Notes under the pieces: model-generated
Seen by the model: only the letters and a program-made list of their open reading frames with translations
What the model was told of the DNA's origin: nothing
Database searches by the model: none
Program-made: the position numbers and the translations under genes
Part shown: positions 51,736 to 64,000 of the stretch, piece after piece
How the letters are laid out: every line of letters begins with the position of its first letter
Position numbering within the stretch: the first letter of the stretch is position 1
From: an uncultured Acidobacteriaceae bacterium
GTDB taxonomy: Bacteria > Acidobacteriota > Terriglobia > Terriglobales > Acidobacteriaceae
Assembly (NCBI GenBank): GCA_963834445.1
Contig: CAWIBU010000009.1
Span: 928,243 to 992,242 of the forward strand
DNA: 64,000 nt
Direction of reading: 5' to 3'

Positions 51736-54405
51736 ATGGAAACCAAACTCGCCGTTCCCGTGCAATCGAAGTTCTCCGAAGAGGTAGCCGAGTGGATTGA
51801 GGCTTTTGACGATCTAATCGTCGGCGAAGGTCCCGAACAAGGCGCCGAACTGATCGCCGCCCTGCGCCAGCGAGCGCGCGAGGCGGGCATCTCGTCCCCC
51901 GGAGCACTCACCACCCCCTACCTGAACACCATTCCCAAACATGAAGAAATTCCTTACCCCGGTGACCTTAAGCTCGAGGACCGCCTGGAATCCCTGATTC
52001 GCTGGAACGCGATGGCCATGGTGCATGGCCAGAATAAAAAAGACGCGGGCATTGGCGGCCATCTCTCGACCTACTCCTCGTTGGCCACCCTGCTCGAAGT
52101 CGGCTTCAACCACTTCTTCCACGCCAAGTACGGCGACCAGCCGGGCGACTTTGTGTATTTCCAGGGCCACGCCTCTCCGGGAGTGTATGCGCGGGCTTAT
52201 CTCGAAGGCCGGTTTGACGATGAGCGGCTGCTGCATTTTCGCCACGAGCTGCGCGGCAAGCCGGCGCTGTCGTCCTATCCCCACCCCTGGTTGATGCCCG
52301 ATTTCTGGCGTTTCCCCACGGTCTCCATGGGCATTGGCCCGCTGAATGCCATCTACCAGGCGCGCTTCATGCGCTATCTCGAGAACCGCAGCCTGATCGA
52401 GAAGACCGAGCGTAAGATCTGGGCCTTTGTCGGCGACGGCGAGACCGACGAGGTAGATACCCTGGGCGCACTGACCATTGCTTCCCGGGAAAAGCTCGAC
52501 AACCTGATCTTTGTGGTCAATTGCAACCTGCAGCGCCTCGATGGCCCGGTCCGCGGCAACAAACGCATCATCGATGAACTGGAAGGCGTGTTCCGCGGAG
52601 CCGGCTGGAACGTGATCAAAGTAATCTGGGGCGGCGATTGGGACGAGCTGTTTGAGCGCGACCAGACCGGCCTTTTGCTTAAGCGCATGGAAGAAGCGGT
52701 AGACGGCGACTACCAGGCGTTCAAGGCGAAAGGCGGGGCGCACCTGCGCGAGGTGTTCTTTGGCAAGTATCCAGAGCTCTTGGAGTTGGTCGCGGATAAG
52801 ACCGATGAGCAGCTGGAAAACCTGCACCGTGGCGGCCATGACCACGCCAAGATCTACAACGCCTACCGCCGGGCCATTGAGCATCGCGGTTCGCCCACCG
52901 TCATCCTGGCCAAAACCGTCAAGGGCTACGGTATGGGCGCCAACCAGGCACGCAACGCTTCGCACCAGGAGAAAAAGCTTACCGACAGCGGCCTGGCCCA
53001 GTTCGTCAAGCGATTCAAAATCCCCGTGCCCGAGCAGCAGGCCAAGGCAGGCAAGCTCTATCGGCCGGCGCAGGATAGCCCTGAGATTGTCTACCTGCAG
53101 CAGCGGCGCAGCGAACTGGGTGGCTACCTGCCCACGCGAGAAGTGCCGAAGCTCGACTTCAAGGCCCCCGCGCTGGAGGAATTTGCCGAGTGGACCGCCG
53201 GCTCCAAGGGCCGCGAAGTTTCCACCACCATGGGGTTTGTCAGCATCCTGCGCCACCTGTTGAAAGATCCGGCCATCGGCAAGCTGATCGTGCCCATCGT
53301 GCCCGATGAAGCCAGGACCTTTGGCCTCGAGTCGGCCATTCGCCAGGTAGGGATTTATGCCAGCGAAGGGCAGAAGTACAAGCCCCACGATAACGACATG
53401 CTGCTCTACTATCGCGAAGAGCAGGACGGCCAGATTCTGGAGGAAGGCATCACCGAAGCCGGCTCCATGGCTTCGTTCACCGCCGCCGGTACCGCCTACT
53501 CCAACTACCGCGTGCCCGCCATTCCGTTCTACATGTACTACTCCATGTTTGGCTTCCAGCGCGTCGGCGACATGATCTGGGCCTTTGCGGATTCGCGCGG
53601 CAAGGGCTTTCTCATGGGCGGAACCGCCGGCCGCACCACCATGCTGGGCGAAGGGCTGCAGCACCAGGACGGGCATAGCCACGTGCTCGCCAGCACCGTG
53701 CCTACCTGCCTCAGCTACGATCCCGCCTACGTGTACGAACTGGCCGTGATCCTGCAGGACGGCATTCGCCGCATGTACCAGCAAGGCGACAGCGTCTTCT
53801 ACTACATCACCATGTACAACGAGGACTACGCCATGCCGGCGATGCCCGAAGGGGTTCGCGAAGGCATCGTCCGCGGCTTGTATCGCTTCCAGGCAGCGGC
53901 TGCGGGCAAAGCCGTCGCTCAGCTGTTCGGCAGCGGGCCCATCCTCAACGAAGTGGTGCGCGCGCAAGCCATTCTGGCCGAGAAGTACGGCGTGCCTTGC
54001 GACGTTTGGAGCGTGACCAGTTACAACGAATTAAGGCGCGAAGCCCTGGCCGGGGAACGCTGGAGCCGTCTCCATCCCGGGCAGCCCGCAAAGGTGCCCT
54101 ACTTGATCGAAGCCCTTCAGGGAGCCGAGGGCCCGATCATCGCGGCCAGCGATTACATGAAGGTGCAGCCTGATTCGCTTGCCCCCTGGTTGTCGTCGCG
54201 CTTGGTTTCGCTCGGTACCGATGGCTTTGGCCGCAGCGACAACCGGGAACACCTGCGCCGGCACTTCGAAGTGAACGCGGAGTCGATTGTGGGGGCTACG
54301 CTTTCCCGCTTGGCGCGCGAAGGCAAATTCGATATGGCACGCGCCGAGGCAGCCTTGGCTGAGTTGGGATTGGAGACGGAAACGGACGATCCGGCCCACC
54401 TGTAA
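51736..54405 (+). CDS. aceE: Pyruvate dehydrogenase E1 component, homodimeric type
   Basis: 889 aa. IGGHLSTYSSLATLLEVGFNHFF and the overall AceE layout. Confidence 0.95.
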   Translation: METKLAVPVQSKFSEEVAEWIEAFDDLIVGEGPEQGAELIAALRQRAREAGISSPGALTTPYLNTIPKHEEIPYPGDLKLEDRLESLIRWNAMAMVHGQNKKDAGIGGHLSTYSSLATLLEVGFNHFFHAKYGDQPGDFVYFQGHASPGVYARAYLEGRFDDERLLHFRHELRGKPALSSYPHPWLMPDFWRFPTVSMGIGPLNAIYQARFMRYLENRSLIEKTERKIWAFVGDGETDEVDTLGALTIASREKLDNLIFVVNCNLQRLDGPVRGNKRIIDELEGVFRGAGWNVIKVIWGGDWDELFERDQTGLLLKRMEEAVDGDYQAFKAKGGAHLREVFFGKYPELLELVADKTDEQLENLHRGGHDHAKIYNAYRRAIEHRGSPTVILAKTVKGYGMGANQARNASHQEKKLTDSGLAQFVKRFKIPVPEQQAKAGKLYRPAQDSPEIVYLQQRRSELGGYLPTREVPKLDFKAPALEEFAEWTAGSKGREVSTTMGFVSILRHLLKDPAIGKLIVPIVPDEARTFGLESAIRQVGIYASEGQKYKPHDNDMLLYYREEQDGQILEEGITEAGSMASFTAAGTAYSNYRVPAIPFYMYYSMFGFQRVGDMIWAFADSRGKGFLMGGTAGRTTMLGEGLQHQDGHSHVLASTVPTCLSYDPAYVYELAVILQDGIRRMYQQGDSVFYYITMYNEDYAMPAMPEGVREGIVRGLYRFQAAAAGKAVAQLFGSGPILNEVVRAQAILAEKYGVPCDVWSVTSYNELRREALAGERWSRLHPGQPAKVPYLIEALQGAEGPIIAASDYMKVQPDSLAPWLSSRLVSLGTDGFGRSDNREHLRRHFEVNAESIVGATLSRLAREGKFDMARAEAALAELGLETETDDPAHL

Positions 54406-54406
54406 A

Positions 54407-55411
54407 TCAGGCGGCCAGATCGCTCGTTTCTACCGGTTTTCTGCTCCATGCAGGTCGCCAGCCGCTGTCGCTGAAGGGAGACTTCACTCTGCGGCCCCAC
54501 CACAGCCACATCAGCAAGGCCATGAGGGCCAGCAGGCCTATCACCAGCAAGCTGCCTTCGGGGCCGGTGGTGCCGCCGCTCCACAGCTTGAGCCCCGCTG
54601 GATGTTCACTGAACAGGTGACCTTCCGCCACCAACCCGCTATCCGACGTGCCCCAGAAATAGGACTCAGCCCAGTCCCAGCTGGCATGGCATCCAATTGC
54701 CCACCACAGTGACCCGGTGTACCAAAGGCTGAGGCAGAAGACGAGACCCACCGCTCCAGCCGCAAACAGGCCAACCGGTGTCTCCCCGGGATTGGTGCCG
54801 TGGGAGAAACCGAACAGAAAAGAAAGCAACAGCGCGCCCCACCAGAACCCGATGCCCCGGCTCAGGGTGTACTGCAGATACCCGCGCAAGGTGGATTCCT
54901 CGAAGAAGGCGACCAGGAGGAAAACGAATGCCCAGGCGAAGCCGTATTTCCAGATCGCGGCCCCATGCAGCGTTTCGCCGTCAAACACCAGCAGGCCGGC
55001 CTTCCACAGAATACCCACCAGCACCGAGAGTGCGACGAAACCCGAGACCAGCCCCCAGAAGAAGCGCGCAGCCCTTGCTGTGCCTTGATATCCATAAGCC
55101 AGCAGCGGCCGGCGCTCGATCCACGCCATGATCGCTGTCGCCAGAAGCACGGGTATGAATTGCGCAACCTCGCCCATCAGCGCAACCTTTATCGGCAAGA
55201 TCGCCGCGAGGTGATGCCGGTGCATGAAATGCCGCACCACCAGGGCGGCAAGAAACTCAAAGCCGGCAAACAGCGCGACGAAGCAAAGCACGCCCCATCC
55301 CGCGCGCAGGCCGTTCGCGCCTATAAATACCCAGCGCAGATCGCGTTTAGGGGGTGCCCCAGCATTCTGTAGATCCTGGTCCAAGATGCCTCCCGGAAAT
55401 CTGCAAATCAT
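54407..55411 (-). CDS. CPBP-family intramembrane glutamic endopeptidase (CAAX protease-like)
   Basis: Motifs FFEESTLRGYL and FGFSHG, plus a later HASWDW. Start set at MICRF (55411), because the upstream part of the ORF is repeat-derived. Confidence 0.78.
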   Translation of the reverse strand: MICRFPGGILDQDLQNAGAPPKRDLRWVFIGANGLRAGWGVLCFVALFAGFEFLAALVVRHFMHRHHLAAILPIKVALMGEVAQFIPVLLATAIMAWIERRPLLAYGYQGTARAARFFWGLVSGFVALSVLVGILWKAGLLVFDGETLHGAAIWKYGFAWAFVFLLVAFFEESTLRGYLQYTLSRGIGFWWGALLLSFLFGFSHGTNPGETPVGLFAAGAVGLVFCLSLWYTGSLWWAIGCHASWDWAESYFWGTSDSGLVAEGHLFSEHPAGLKLWSGGTTGPEGSLLVIGLLALMALLMWLWWGRRVKSPFSDSGWRPAWSRKPVETSDLAA

Positions 55412-55445
55412 CTTACGCAACTTTGTCCCTGCTGGACCTAAAAAC

Positions 55446-55759
55446 AACCTCCGTGTGCCCCATCCCTCGCTTCTTTGCGAAAGGTGGCATCGAACGCGCT
55501 TCACAGGTTGCGGAAAAACTCTGCTCCTGAAGGGTACGGGCTTCAGCCCGTACATACATGGACAAAAAATAACCCGGCTTCAGCCGCTGAGGGCCGGGTT
55601 TCCGCATGATTCCGCTGCCCTCAGTGCCTAAAGGCGACTCATCTAGGGTATTTACGTACGGGCTGAAGCCCGTACCTTTCATGAACCGAGTTTTTCCGCA
55701 GCTCGTATAGCGGATCCCACCCTTCGCCAAGAACGCGAAGGACGGGGCACCCGGAGGTT
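55446..55759. repeat. 314-bp nested palindromic composite element
   Basis: Outer REP arms at 55446-55491 and 55713-55759. Inner hairpins GTACGGGCTTCAGCCCGTAC (55534-55553) and GTACGGGCTGAAGCCCGTAC (55656-55675). Central stem AACCCGGC...GCCGGGTT (55571-55600). Confidence 0.85.
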
Positions 55760-55775
55760 GGTTGCCGAGGAAAGT

Positions 55776-57560
55776 TCACGATCCGGGCTTGCCCGGTTGG
55801 CCAAGCCACTGTTTTGCGTGCGCAATCTGAGGCAGATCCGGGTCAGCCGTTTTCCAGGCGCTAAGAAATTGTTGATACGCCGCCGTGGTTGCGGCGGTAT
55901 CGCCGCCTTTCTCCATAGCCTGGGCAACCGCGTACAGCGCAAAACCAGAATTGGGCCGATCCACCAGCGCCTTCTGCGATGCCGCCTTCGCCTCCGCCCA
56001 CTTACCCGCGGTCATCATCGCCACCGCCTCATTCTCCGCCACGGGACGGATAAACGCGGGTGGCTCACGATAGCCAAGATCCTTTTCCTCCTGCCGCGCC
56101 CGGGCGAACAGCTTCTCCGCTTCCGGAACGTTATCCTGGGTGGCCAGCATCGACGCGCGTAGCTCCAGCGACATAATGGAAAGAACCTTGACCAACGGCT
56201 CAGGCAGGGGGTCGAGGGAGAAGGGTGGCTTACCCTTAGGCGCGTCTTTCACCTGCTGCGACAAGCGCCACAGGCTCGCATCCAGCAGCACCGAGTGACG
56301 CTCGGCGACGTCGGGCTCACGCGCTTCCACGGATTGCATCCCCAGCGCGAATTGGGAGAGGGCGCCGGCCAGGAACTCCATATGCGGCATGTTCTGCTTG
56401 AGGTTCGCCGCATCGACCAGCGTAAGCACGCGTTGCCAATCGCCCGTTCGTAAGGCAATCGGCAGTTCAGGATTGAGGCGCGCCATCGCATCGCGGGCAG
56501 AACCGCGATACAGCGTGTCATCCAGATGGCCGCGTGCGCCGGTCAGTTTACCCGAGACCTGAGCCGCCTCCTGAAAGCGGCCGGCTTCCAACAGGTTGGC
56601 CACGGAATACATCAGGTTGTGCACGTAGTTCCAATCATTGTCGATGGCGACGTGTTGCTGCTGCATGTAGCCTTCGTCGGTGTGCATCGAGGCATCGAAG
56701 GCCACTTGCGCGCGCGCGTAATCGCCGGTGCGATAAAAAATGTGGCCCGGCATGTGGACCATGTGCCCGGACGCGGGCGCAAGCGAACCCAGAATCTCCG
56801 CGCTACGCAGCGCCTGTTCCGGGTGAGGGCTCGCTTCCACGGCATGGATCCAAAGATGGTTGGCCACCGAGTTATCCGGCTCTTCCTTGAGCACGCCCTG
56901 CAGCAGTGCGAGCTGTTCTTTCTTGCCTTTGCGCGGCTCGCCCTTGTCGTCATAACCGTCGTCGACCGCGTCCGACAGCAGGATGCGGGCATTTGTATCC
57001 GTAGGATTTTCCTTCACCAGGGTGCGCAGAATTTCAATCTCATGATCGAACTTGGCCTTGTCTTCAGAGCCGGCGTCACGAATGGCCGCCTCATGGGCCT
57101 CTGCCGCCTGAATGTAGAGCTTCTCGCGCGCGCTGGCCTGGGCTTCGAGCGTAACCGCTTTGGCCAGCGCGTCCCGCGCGTAGTCCCTGGTTTCGCTATG
57201 CGTGAAGCTTTCTGCCTGGTAAAGCCCCCAGTAGCACATGGCGCACCTGGCATCGCTGCGAATGGATTGCTCAAAAGCCCGGTCGGCTTCGTAGTCCCAA
57301 AAGTCGTAAAGCAGGTTGTAGCCCTGCACAAACCACATCTGCGCCTGGGCATTGGCGGAGATAGGGAAGCGCGCATTGCCCACTCCCACCATGTGTTGCG
57401 GCGCAGGCAGTTTATCGGGCGGGACAGGATCCCCCGTGTCCATCGACCCCATCGAGGATCCCATCGGCATATTCATCTGGCCGGCGGCGCCGCCGGCCTG
57501 CAGCAGAACCAGGGCAACGCCGGCAACCAGCCGCAAAGGAGACAGAAATCGTGGAAGCAT
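55776..57560 (-). CDS. Secreted TPR-like repeat protein, function unknown
   Basis: Signal peptide MLPRFLSPLRLVAGVALVLLQAGGAAG. The helical-repeat composition contains many A-x-x-x-Y/F/A-type TPR-like segments. Confidence 0.6.
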   Translation of the reverse strand: MLPRFLSPLRLVAGVALVLLQAGGAAGQMNMPMGSSMGSMDTGDPVPPDKLPAPQHMVGVGNARFPISANAQAQMWFVQGYNLLYDFWDYEADRAFEQSIRSDARCAMCYWGLYQAESFTHSETRDYARDALAKAVTLEAQASAREKLYIQAAEAHEAAIRDAGSEDKAKFDHEIEILRTLVKENPTDTNARILLSDAVDDGYDDKGEPRKGKKEQLALLQGVLKEEPDNSVANHLWIHAVEASPHPEQALRSAEILGSLAPASGHMVHMPGHIFYRTGDYARAQVAFDASMHTDEGYMQQQHVAIDNDWNYVHNLMYSVANLLEAGRFQEAAQVSGKLTGARGHLDDTLYRGSARDAMARLNPELPIALRTGDWQRVLTLVDAANLKQNMPHMEFLAGALSQFALGMQSVEAREPDVAERHSVLLDASLWRLSQQVKDAPKGKPPFSLDPLPEPLVKVLSIMSLELRASMLATQDNVPEAEKLFARARQEEKDLGYREPPAFIRPVAENEAVAMMTAGKWAEAKAASQKALVDRPNSGFALYAVAQAMEKGGDTAATTAAYQQFLSAWKTADPDLPQIAHAKQWLGQPGKPGS

Positions 57561-57661
57561 AAGGGATTATCTCTCCAACAGGGTATTCTCCCCCAAAGAC
57601 CCGGGGTGCACTAAACTAGAGGAGGAGACGTTGGCCCCGTGGGCAGCAAAGGAATTATCCA

Positions 57662-60682
<3,021 letters not shown>

Positions 60683-60696
60683 CCAGGGATTTGAGA

Positions 60697-60866
60697 ACCG
60701 CAGATCTCTCCACTCCGCTACGCTCCGGTCGAGATGACAAATTTACTTAGTAATGGGCTTTGGCTTTTCTGACCGGAGCGCAGCGTAGTATTTGTCATCT
60801 CGACCGGAGCGCAGCGTAGTATTTGTCATCTCGACCGGAGCGCAGCGCAGCGGAGAGATCTGCGGT
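60697..60866. repeat. Inverted pair of A modules with two 31-bp tandem units between and within them
   Basis: Reverse copy at 60697-60744 and forward copy at 60820-60866. Tandem units TATTTGTCATCTCGACCGGAGCGCAGCG(T/C)AG at 60789-60819 and 60820-60850. Confidence 0.85.
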
Positions 60867-60887
60867 CATCCTCACCCCCAATCAAAT

Positions 60888-61472
60888 CTAAGCGCGAGCA
60901 CTCTCCGGAATTTCCGCAAACGTAAAGTTCTGCGCCGTGGAACCTGACTGGTCCCGCCAGCTCTCGAAAATGCGACCGTAACTGAGCGTGATGAACTGGC
61001 TCTCCTGCACGCCCAGTTTTTGCGCCGTGGTATCGATCCACTCCCCCGGGCCTTCCAGTTCCGCATAGAGCCCCAACGGTGTTTCATCGAGAACGCAGTG
61101 GCCCTGTTGATCCGCCCACTCCGTGCGCCATTTTTCATAGACAAACACCGGTGCAAAGCCGAGCGCCTCAAAAATTTTGCCCAGCGCGGGGCCATCTTCA
61201 ATCTCGGTCTCTGTCTCTACACGATTCTTGTGGCGGCCTTCTTCGGTCAGGCCGCTGGGGACGCTCTTATGCGTAACCACCCACTTGCTGCCGTATTGCC
61301 GAATGCGCAGGATTTGCCGCGAATTGCGCAACCCACGCGCCGGGGTGTCGTACAACGTGTTACGCTCCATCGTCCGCGCGGTAACGCGCGTGAACCCCAA
61401 CGCGGGCAGTTTCTGCTCAAATACTTCGCGGTCCAACACGCGCAGTTTCACTTCTGTTTCCATCGCCTGCAT
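60888..61472 (-). CDS. CYTH-domain protein (CyaB/ThTPase-like)
   Basis: METEVKLRV carries the ExExK signature. Start at the ATG at 61472 or 61463. The longer ORF-track start would overlap the divergent Sua5 gene. Confidence 0.78.
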   Translation of the reverse strand: MQAMETEVKLRVLDREVFEQKLPALGFTRVTARTMERNTLYDTPARGLRNSRQILRIRQYGSKWVVTHKSVPSGLTEEGRHKNRVETETEIEDGPALGKIFEALGFAPVFVYEKWRTEWADQQGHCVLDETPLGLYAELEGPGEWIDTTAQKLGVQESQFITLSYGRIFESWRDQSGSTAQNFTFAEIPESARA

Positions 61473-61509
61473 AGGGCGGAGTTTATACCACCGCAGACAA
61501 CATGGGAAA

Positions 61510-62559
61510 ATGGCACAGGTGACCTTGAAAAAAACACTGCGCCTGTTTGTGGATGCGAATGCCCTCGATGCGCCGGCGTTAGCGCAGGCTGCGGCCATCC
61601 TGCGCGATGGCGGCACGGTTGCTTTCCCGACTGAGACGGTTTACGGCCTGGGCGCCAATGCCCTGGATGAAGCCGCAGTGCGCGCCATCTTCGCGGCCAA
61701 GCAGCGGCCGGCATGGGATCCGTTGATCGTGCACGTTGCCAACCAGGAACAGCTACACAACGTCTCTGCCGGCATTCCGCACAACGGCCGCTTGTTGATG
61801 GATGCCTTCTGGCCCGGTCCGTTGACTTTATTGCTGCCCAGGGGCGCTGCCGTCCCAGTGATCGTCACCGCGGGGCGTGACCGCGTGGGCGTACGGATGC
61901 CGCGCCACCCGGTTGCGCGCCGGCTGATCGAGCTTGCCGGGGTGCCGATCGCAGCGCCTAGCGCCAATTCCTTCGGCAGAACCAGCCCCACGCGCGCGGA
62001 GTTTGTATTGCAGGATCTGGATGGACGTATCGACGCCGTAATCGACTCGGGGGAAACGGCGCTAGGGCTCGAATCGACCGTGGTCGATGTATGTGAGGAG
62101 CCGCCGATCCTCTACCGCCCCGGCATGCTGACCTTGCAACAGATACAGGCGGTGTGCCCTTCGCTGGTGGCGTATCGCGAACCGCAGGCGACTACCGCGG
62201 CGCCTCAGTCGCTGCCCTCTCCGGGGGTGGGCTTGAAGCATTACTCGCCTCGAGCGCGGCTCATTCTAGTGGATGGGCTGGTGGATGGGGATATAGAAGA
62301 AATCGTGCGCCTTGGCAGGGAACTGCAAGCCGCCGGAGAATCCGTTGGCATCATGTTGCCCGGCGCTGCAGACCTCGGCTCAGGTTTTCTGATTTTCCCC
62401 TGGGGTGTTCTGGCCGATCAGGATCAACTGGCGCATCGCCTCTTCGCAGGTCTGCGTGAGCTGGATGCGGCCGGGGCCTCGGTGATCCTTTGCCCTCTAC
62501 CGGCCAACGAAGGTCTTGGCGTGGCCATCCGTGACCGGCTGCAAAAGGCTGCTCGTTAA
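61510..62559 (+). CDS. L-threonylcarbamoyladenylate synthase (Sua5/YwlC-type TsaC with a C-terminal Sua5 domain)
   Basis: VAFPTETVYGLGANAL and PLIVHV. Start at MAQVTLKK (61510). Confidence 0.9.
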   Translation: MAQVTLKKTLRLFVDANALDAPALAQAAAILRDGGTVAFPTETVYGLGANALDEAAVRAIFAAKQRPAWDPLIVHVANQEQLHNVSAGIPHNGRLLMDAFWPGPLTLLLPRGAAVPVIVTAGRDRVGVRMPRHPVARRLIELAGVPIAAPSANSFGRTSPTRAEFVLQDLDGRIDAVIDSGETALGLESTVVDVCEEPPILYRPGMLTLQQIQAVCPSLVAYREPQATTAAPQSLPSPGVGLKHYSPRARLILVDGLVDGDIEEIVRLGRELQAAGESVGIMLPGAADLGSGFLIFPWGVLADQDQLAHRLFAGLRELDAAGASVILCPLPANEGLGVAIRDRLQKAAR

Positions 62560-62954
62560 CGCGATTTTTCTGAGGCCTTGTACAGATACTTGATGCTGGA
62601 CTTGTAGATGAGCGTGCGCACCCTGCCGTGACGCACCTTGATAGCTGCGCGGTCATACCATTCGATATAACCTTCGATCTGTTCGCCGTCTTCAAGCACA
62701 AACGTCATCAACGTCTGGCCTTGAATTTGCTTTTGGAAATAAAACGCTTCAGCGTGCGAGCTCGCCTCGCGGCCGGCGCTTGCTTTCCGCTGCGGCGTGA
62801 TCGCGGCCAGCCGCGCGGGGTAGGGACCGTTCGCTATGCCCACAGGCAAAGGGGGTCGAATGAGCTTGCGCGGTCCTGCGGTGCTAACAGAGGCAACCGG
62901 CGCCGGGTTTACTGCAACAGGTTTCGCCTTCGGAATGGCTGAAGAGTCGGACAT
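62556..62954 (-). CDS. Hfq-like (Sm-fold) protein with a ~65-aa Pro/Ala-rich N-terminal extension
   Basis: The C-terminal segment FYFQKQIQGQTLMTFVLEDGEQIEGYIEWYDRAAIKVRHGRVRTLIYKSSIKYLYK follows the Hfq Sm1/Sm2 pattern (V.I.L.NG..L.G.I..FD.F.I.L......VYKHAI). Confidence 0.5.
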   Translation of the reverse strand: MSDSSAIPKAKPVAVNPAPVASVSTAGPRKLIRPPLPVGIANGPYPARLAAITPQRKASAGREASSHAEAFYFQKQIQGQTLMTFVLEDGEQIEGYIEWYDRAAIKVRHGRVRTLIYKSSIKYLYKASEKSR

Positions 62955-63034
62955 TGTTTTGGTTTCTGACGGGTAGGATGCAGGATGTTGCCTTCGGGGT
63001 TTTACCGCCAACGAGTGGCGCAATACGGCGTAGG

Positions 63035-64000
63035 TTACGAACGTGTCAGGCCAACCGCGAAGGAATCGAGCGATAGCGAGCGCAGCAGGTTACGACGCAT
63101 CCCTTGCTCTACCTGGTCAACGCCGCGGACAGCCGATTCAATCCAGGCAATTGTGATACTTTCCGCCATGCGCGTCAGCTCAGAGGTCAGGTCAATGTTG
63201 CGCAGCAGGTGCGCGGTTCCAGAATGCAGCATCAAAAGATCTTCGAGCAGGCTGGAAAATGCATGCAACAGCGCGCTGGTCTTTTGCTGCCCCTCGGCGC
63301 CTGCGCGGTAGGTCTCGGTCACGCGAAAGAGAGCCCCAAGTTCAGCGTCGGTGGTGCCGGTTGCGTTATGCAGAATCACCAAAGCGTCTTGCCTGCTGGC
63401 GAGATAGCCTTCCAGATCGAAGCCCAGGGCCTGACCGATGGCTCCTTCGGCCAGGCGTGCTACCAGCGCGCGCTGTTTCGGTTTCCAGTCGGTTCGCCGC
63501 TCAGCCAGCAGCGCCTCGATTTGTTCCGGCGGCAGGGCGCCCAGGCGAAAGATGCCGGCACGCGAACGGATGGTGGGCAGTAGTTCGCCAGGATTTTCTG
63601 CGAGCAGAAAAATGTGCGCGTAGGCCGGCGGCTCTTCGAGAATCTTGAGCAGCGAATTCGCGGCCTCTTTCATGAAGGCCGTGCTGGTGAAGATGTAAAC
63701 CGCGCGCGGAGCATCGGCGGGCAACCGGTAGATGCGCTGAATCACGCTGCGCACCTGGCCCATCTTGATCAGCAACTGCGGTGGGTCAGGCGGAATCACC
63801 ACGACATCGGGGTGCGTTTGGATAAGGATGCGGGTTTCTTTCTTGTCGACCTCGCGTAAGTCTTCTCGGGCGGCGATGGCTTCGCTGACCCGCTCCGCGA
63901 GCGGCAGGGAAAGCGCAATCCGTGTGCAGTTGCTACACACTCCGCAGAAGTCGGGCAGGCCGTCGCGGATGGGGTGCTGCAGGCAGGCCATCGTTTGCGC
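63035..64000 (-). CDS. holB: DNA polymerase III delta-prime subunit; 5' end lies outside the window
   Basis: Cys-rich segment CLQHPIRDGLPDFCGVCSNCTRI, then HPDVVVI, LLKILEEPP and LPTIRSRAG. The reading frame stays open to position 64000. Confidence 0.78.
   Translation of the reverse strand, partial: AQTMACLQHPIRDGLPDFCGVCSNCTRIALSLPLAERVSEAIAAREDLREVDKKETRILIQTHPDVVVIPPDPPQLLIKMGQVRSVIQRIYRLPADAPRAVYIFTSTAFMKEAANSLLKILEEPPAYAHIFLLAENPGELLPTIRSRAGIFRLGALPPEQIEALLAERRTDWKPKQRALVARLAEGAIGQALGFDLEGYLASRQDALVILHNATGTTDAELGALFRVTETYRAGAEGQQKTSALLHAFSSLLEDLLMLHSGTAHLLRNIDLTSELTRMAESITIAWIESAVRGVDQVEQGMRRNLLRSLSLDSFAVGLTRS

Overview
64-kb chromosomal segment at roughly 60% GC by hand counts of a few lines. 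Gene content and repeat families suggest an Acidobacteriota (Terriglobia-like) genome; that assignment is inference only. I can support about 50 protein genes. Most are housekeeping: sucA, aceE, secA, aroB, aroC, the def-fmt-rsmB operon, tatBC, xerD-xerC, holB, a Sua5-type TsaC, ubiE/menG and an S41 protease. I found no rRNA, tRNA, CRISPR array, transposase or prophage genes. Three things stand out. (1) Almost every larger intergenic gap is filled by structured repeats of at least four families. These include a 1.1-kb array made only of repeat modules at 9962-11045. They also include a 105-bp MITE-like element with 13-bp terminal inverted repeats and an 8-bp flanking duplication, present both as filled and as empty sites, whose inner hairpin is preserved by a compensated double substitution. 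(2) Several small accessory modules: a stand-alone A-T-TE NRPS-like gene abutting a PPTase operon; a soluble MgtE_N/CBS protein paired with an Nramp-family permease lacking the canonical DPGN/MPHN metal-site motifs; an SGNH-like plus MBOAT pair; a plant-type GDP-mannose 3,5-epimerase; and an Hfq-like protein with an N-terminal extension. (3) A block at 39.4-46.2 kb with slightly lower GC. It carries a cNMP-binding TrxR-like protein without the CxxC motif, a DJ-1/PfpI protein, a propeller histidine kinase and a NarL-type regulator. It ends in a short relic of a second MBOAT gene. All functional calls come from motif recognition in the supplied translations. No database search was possible.
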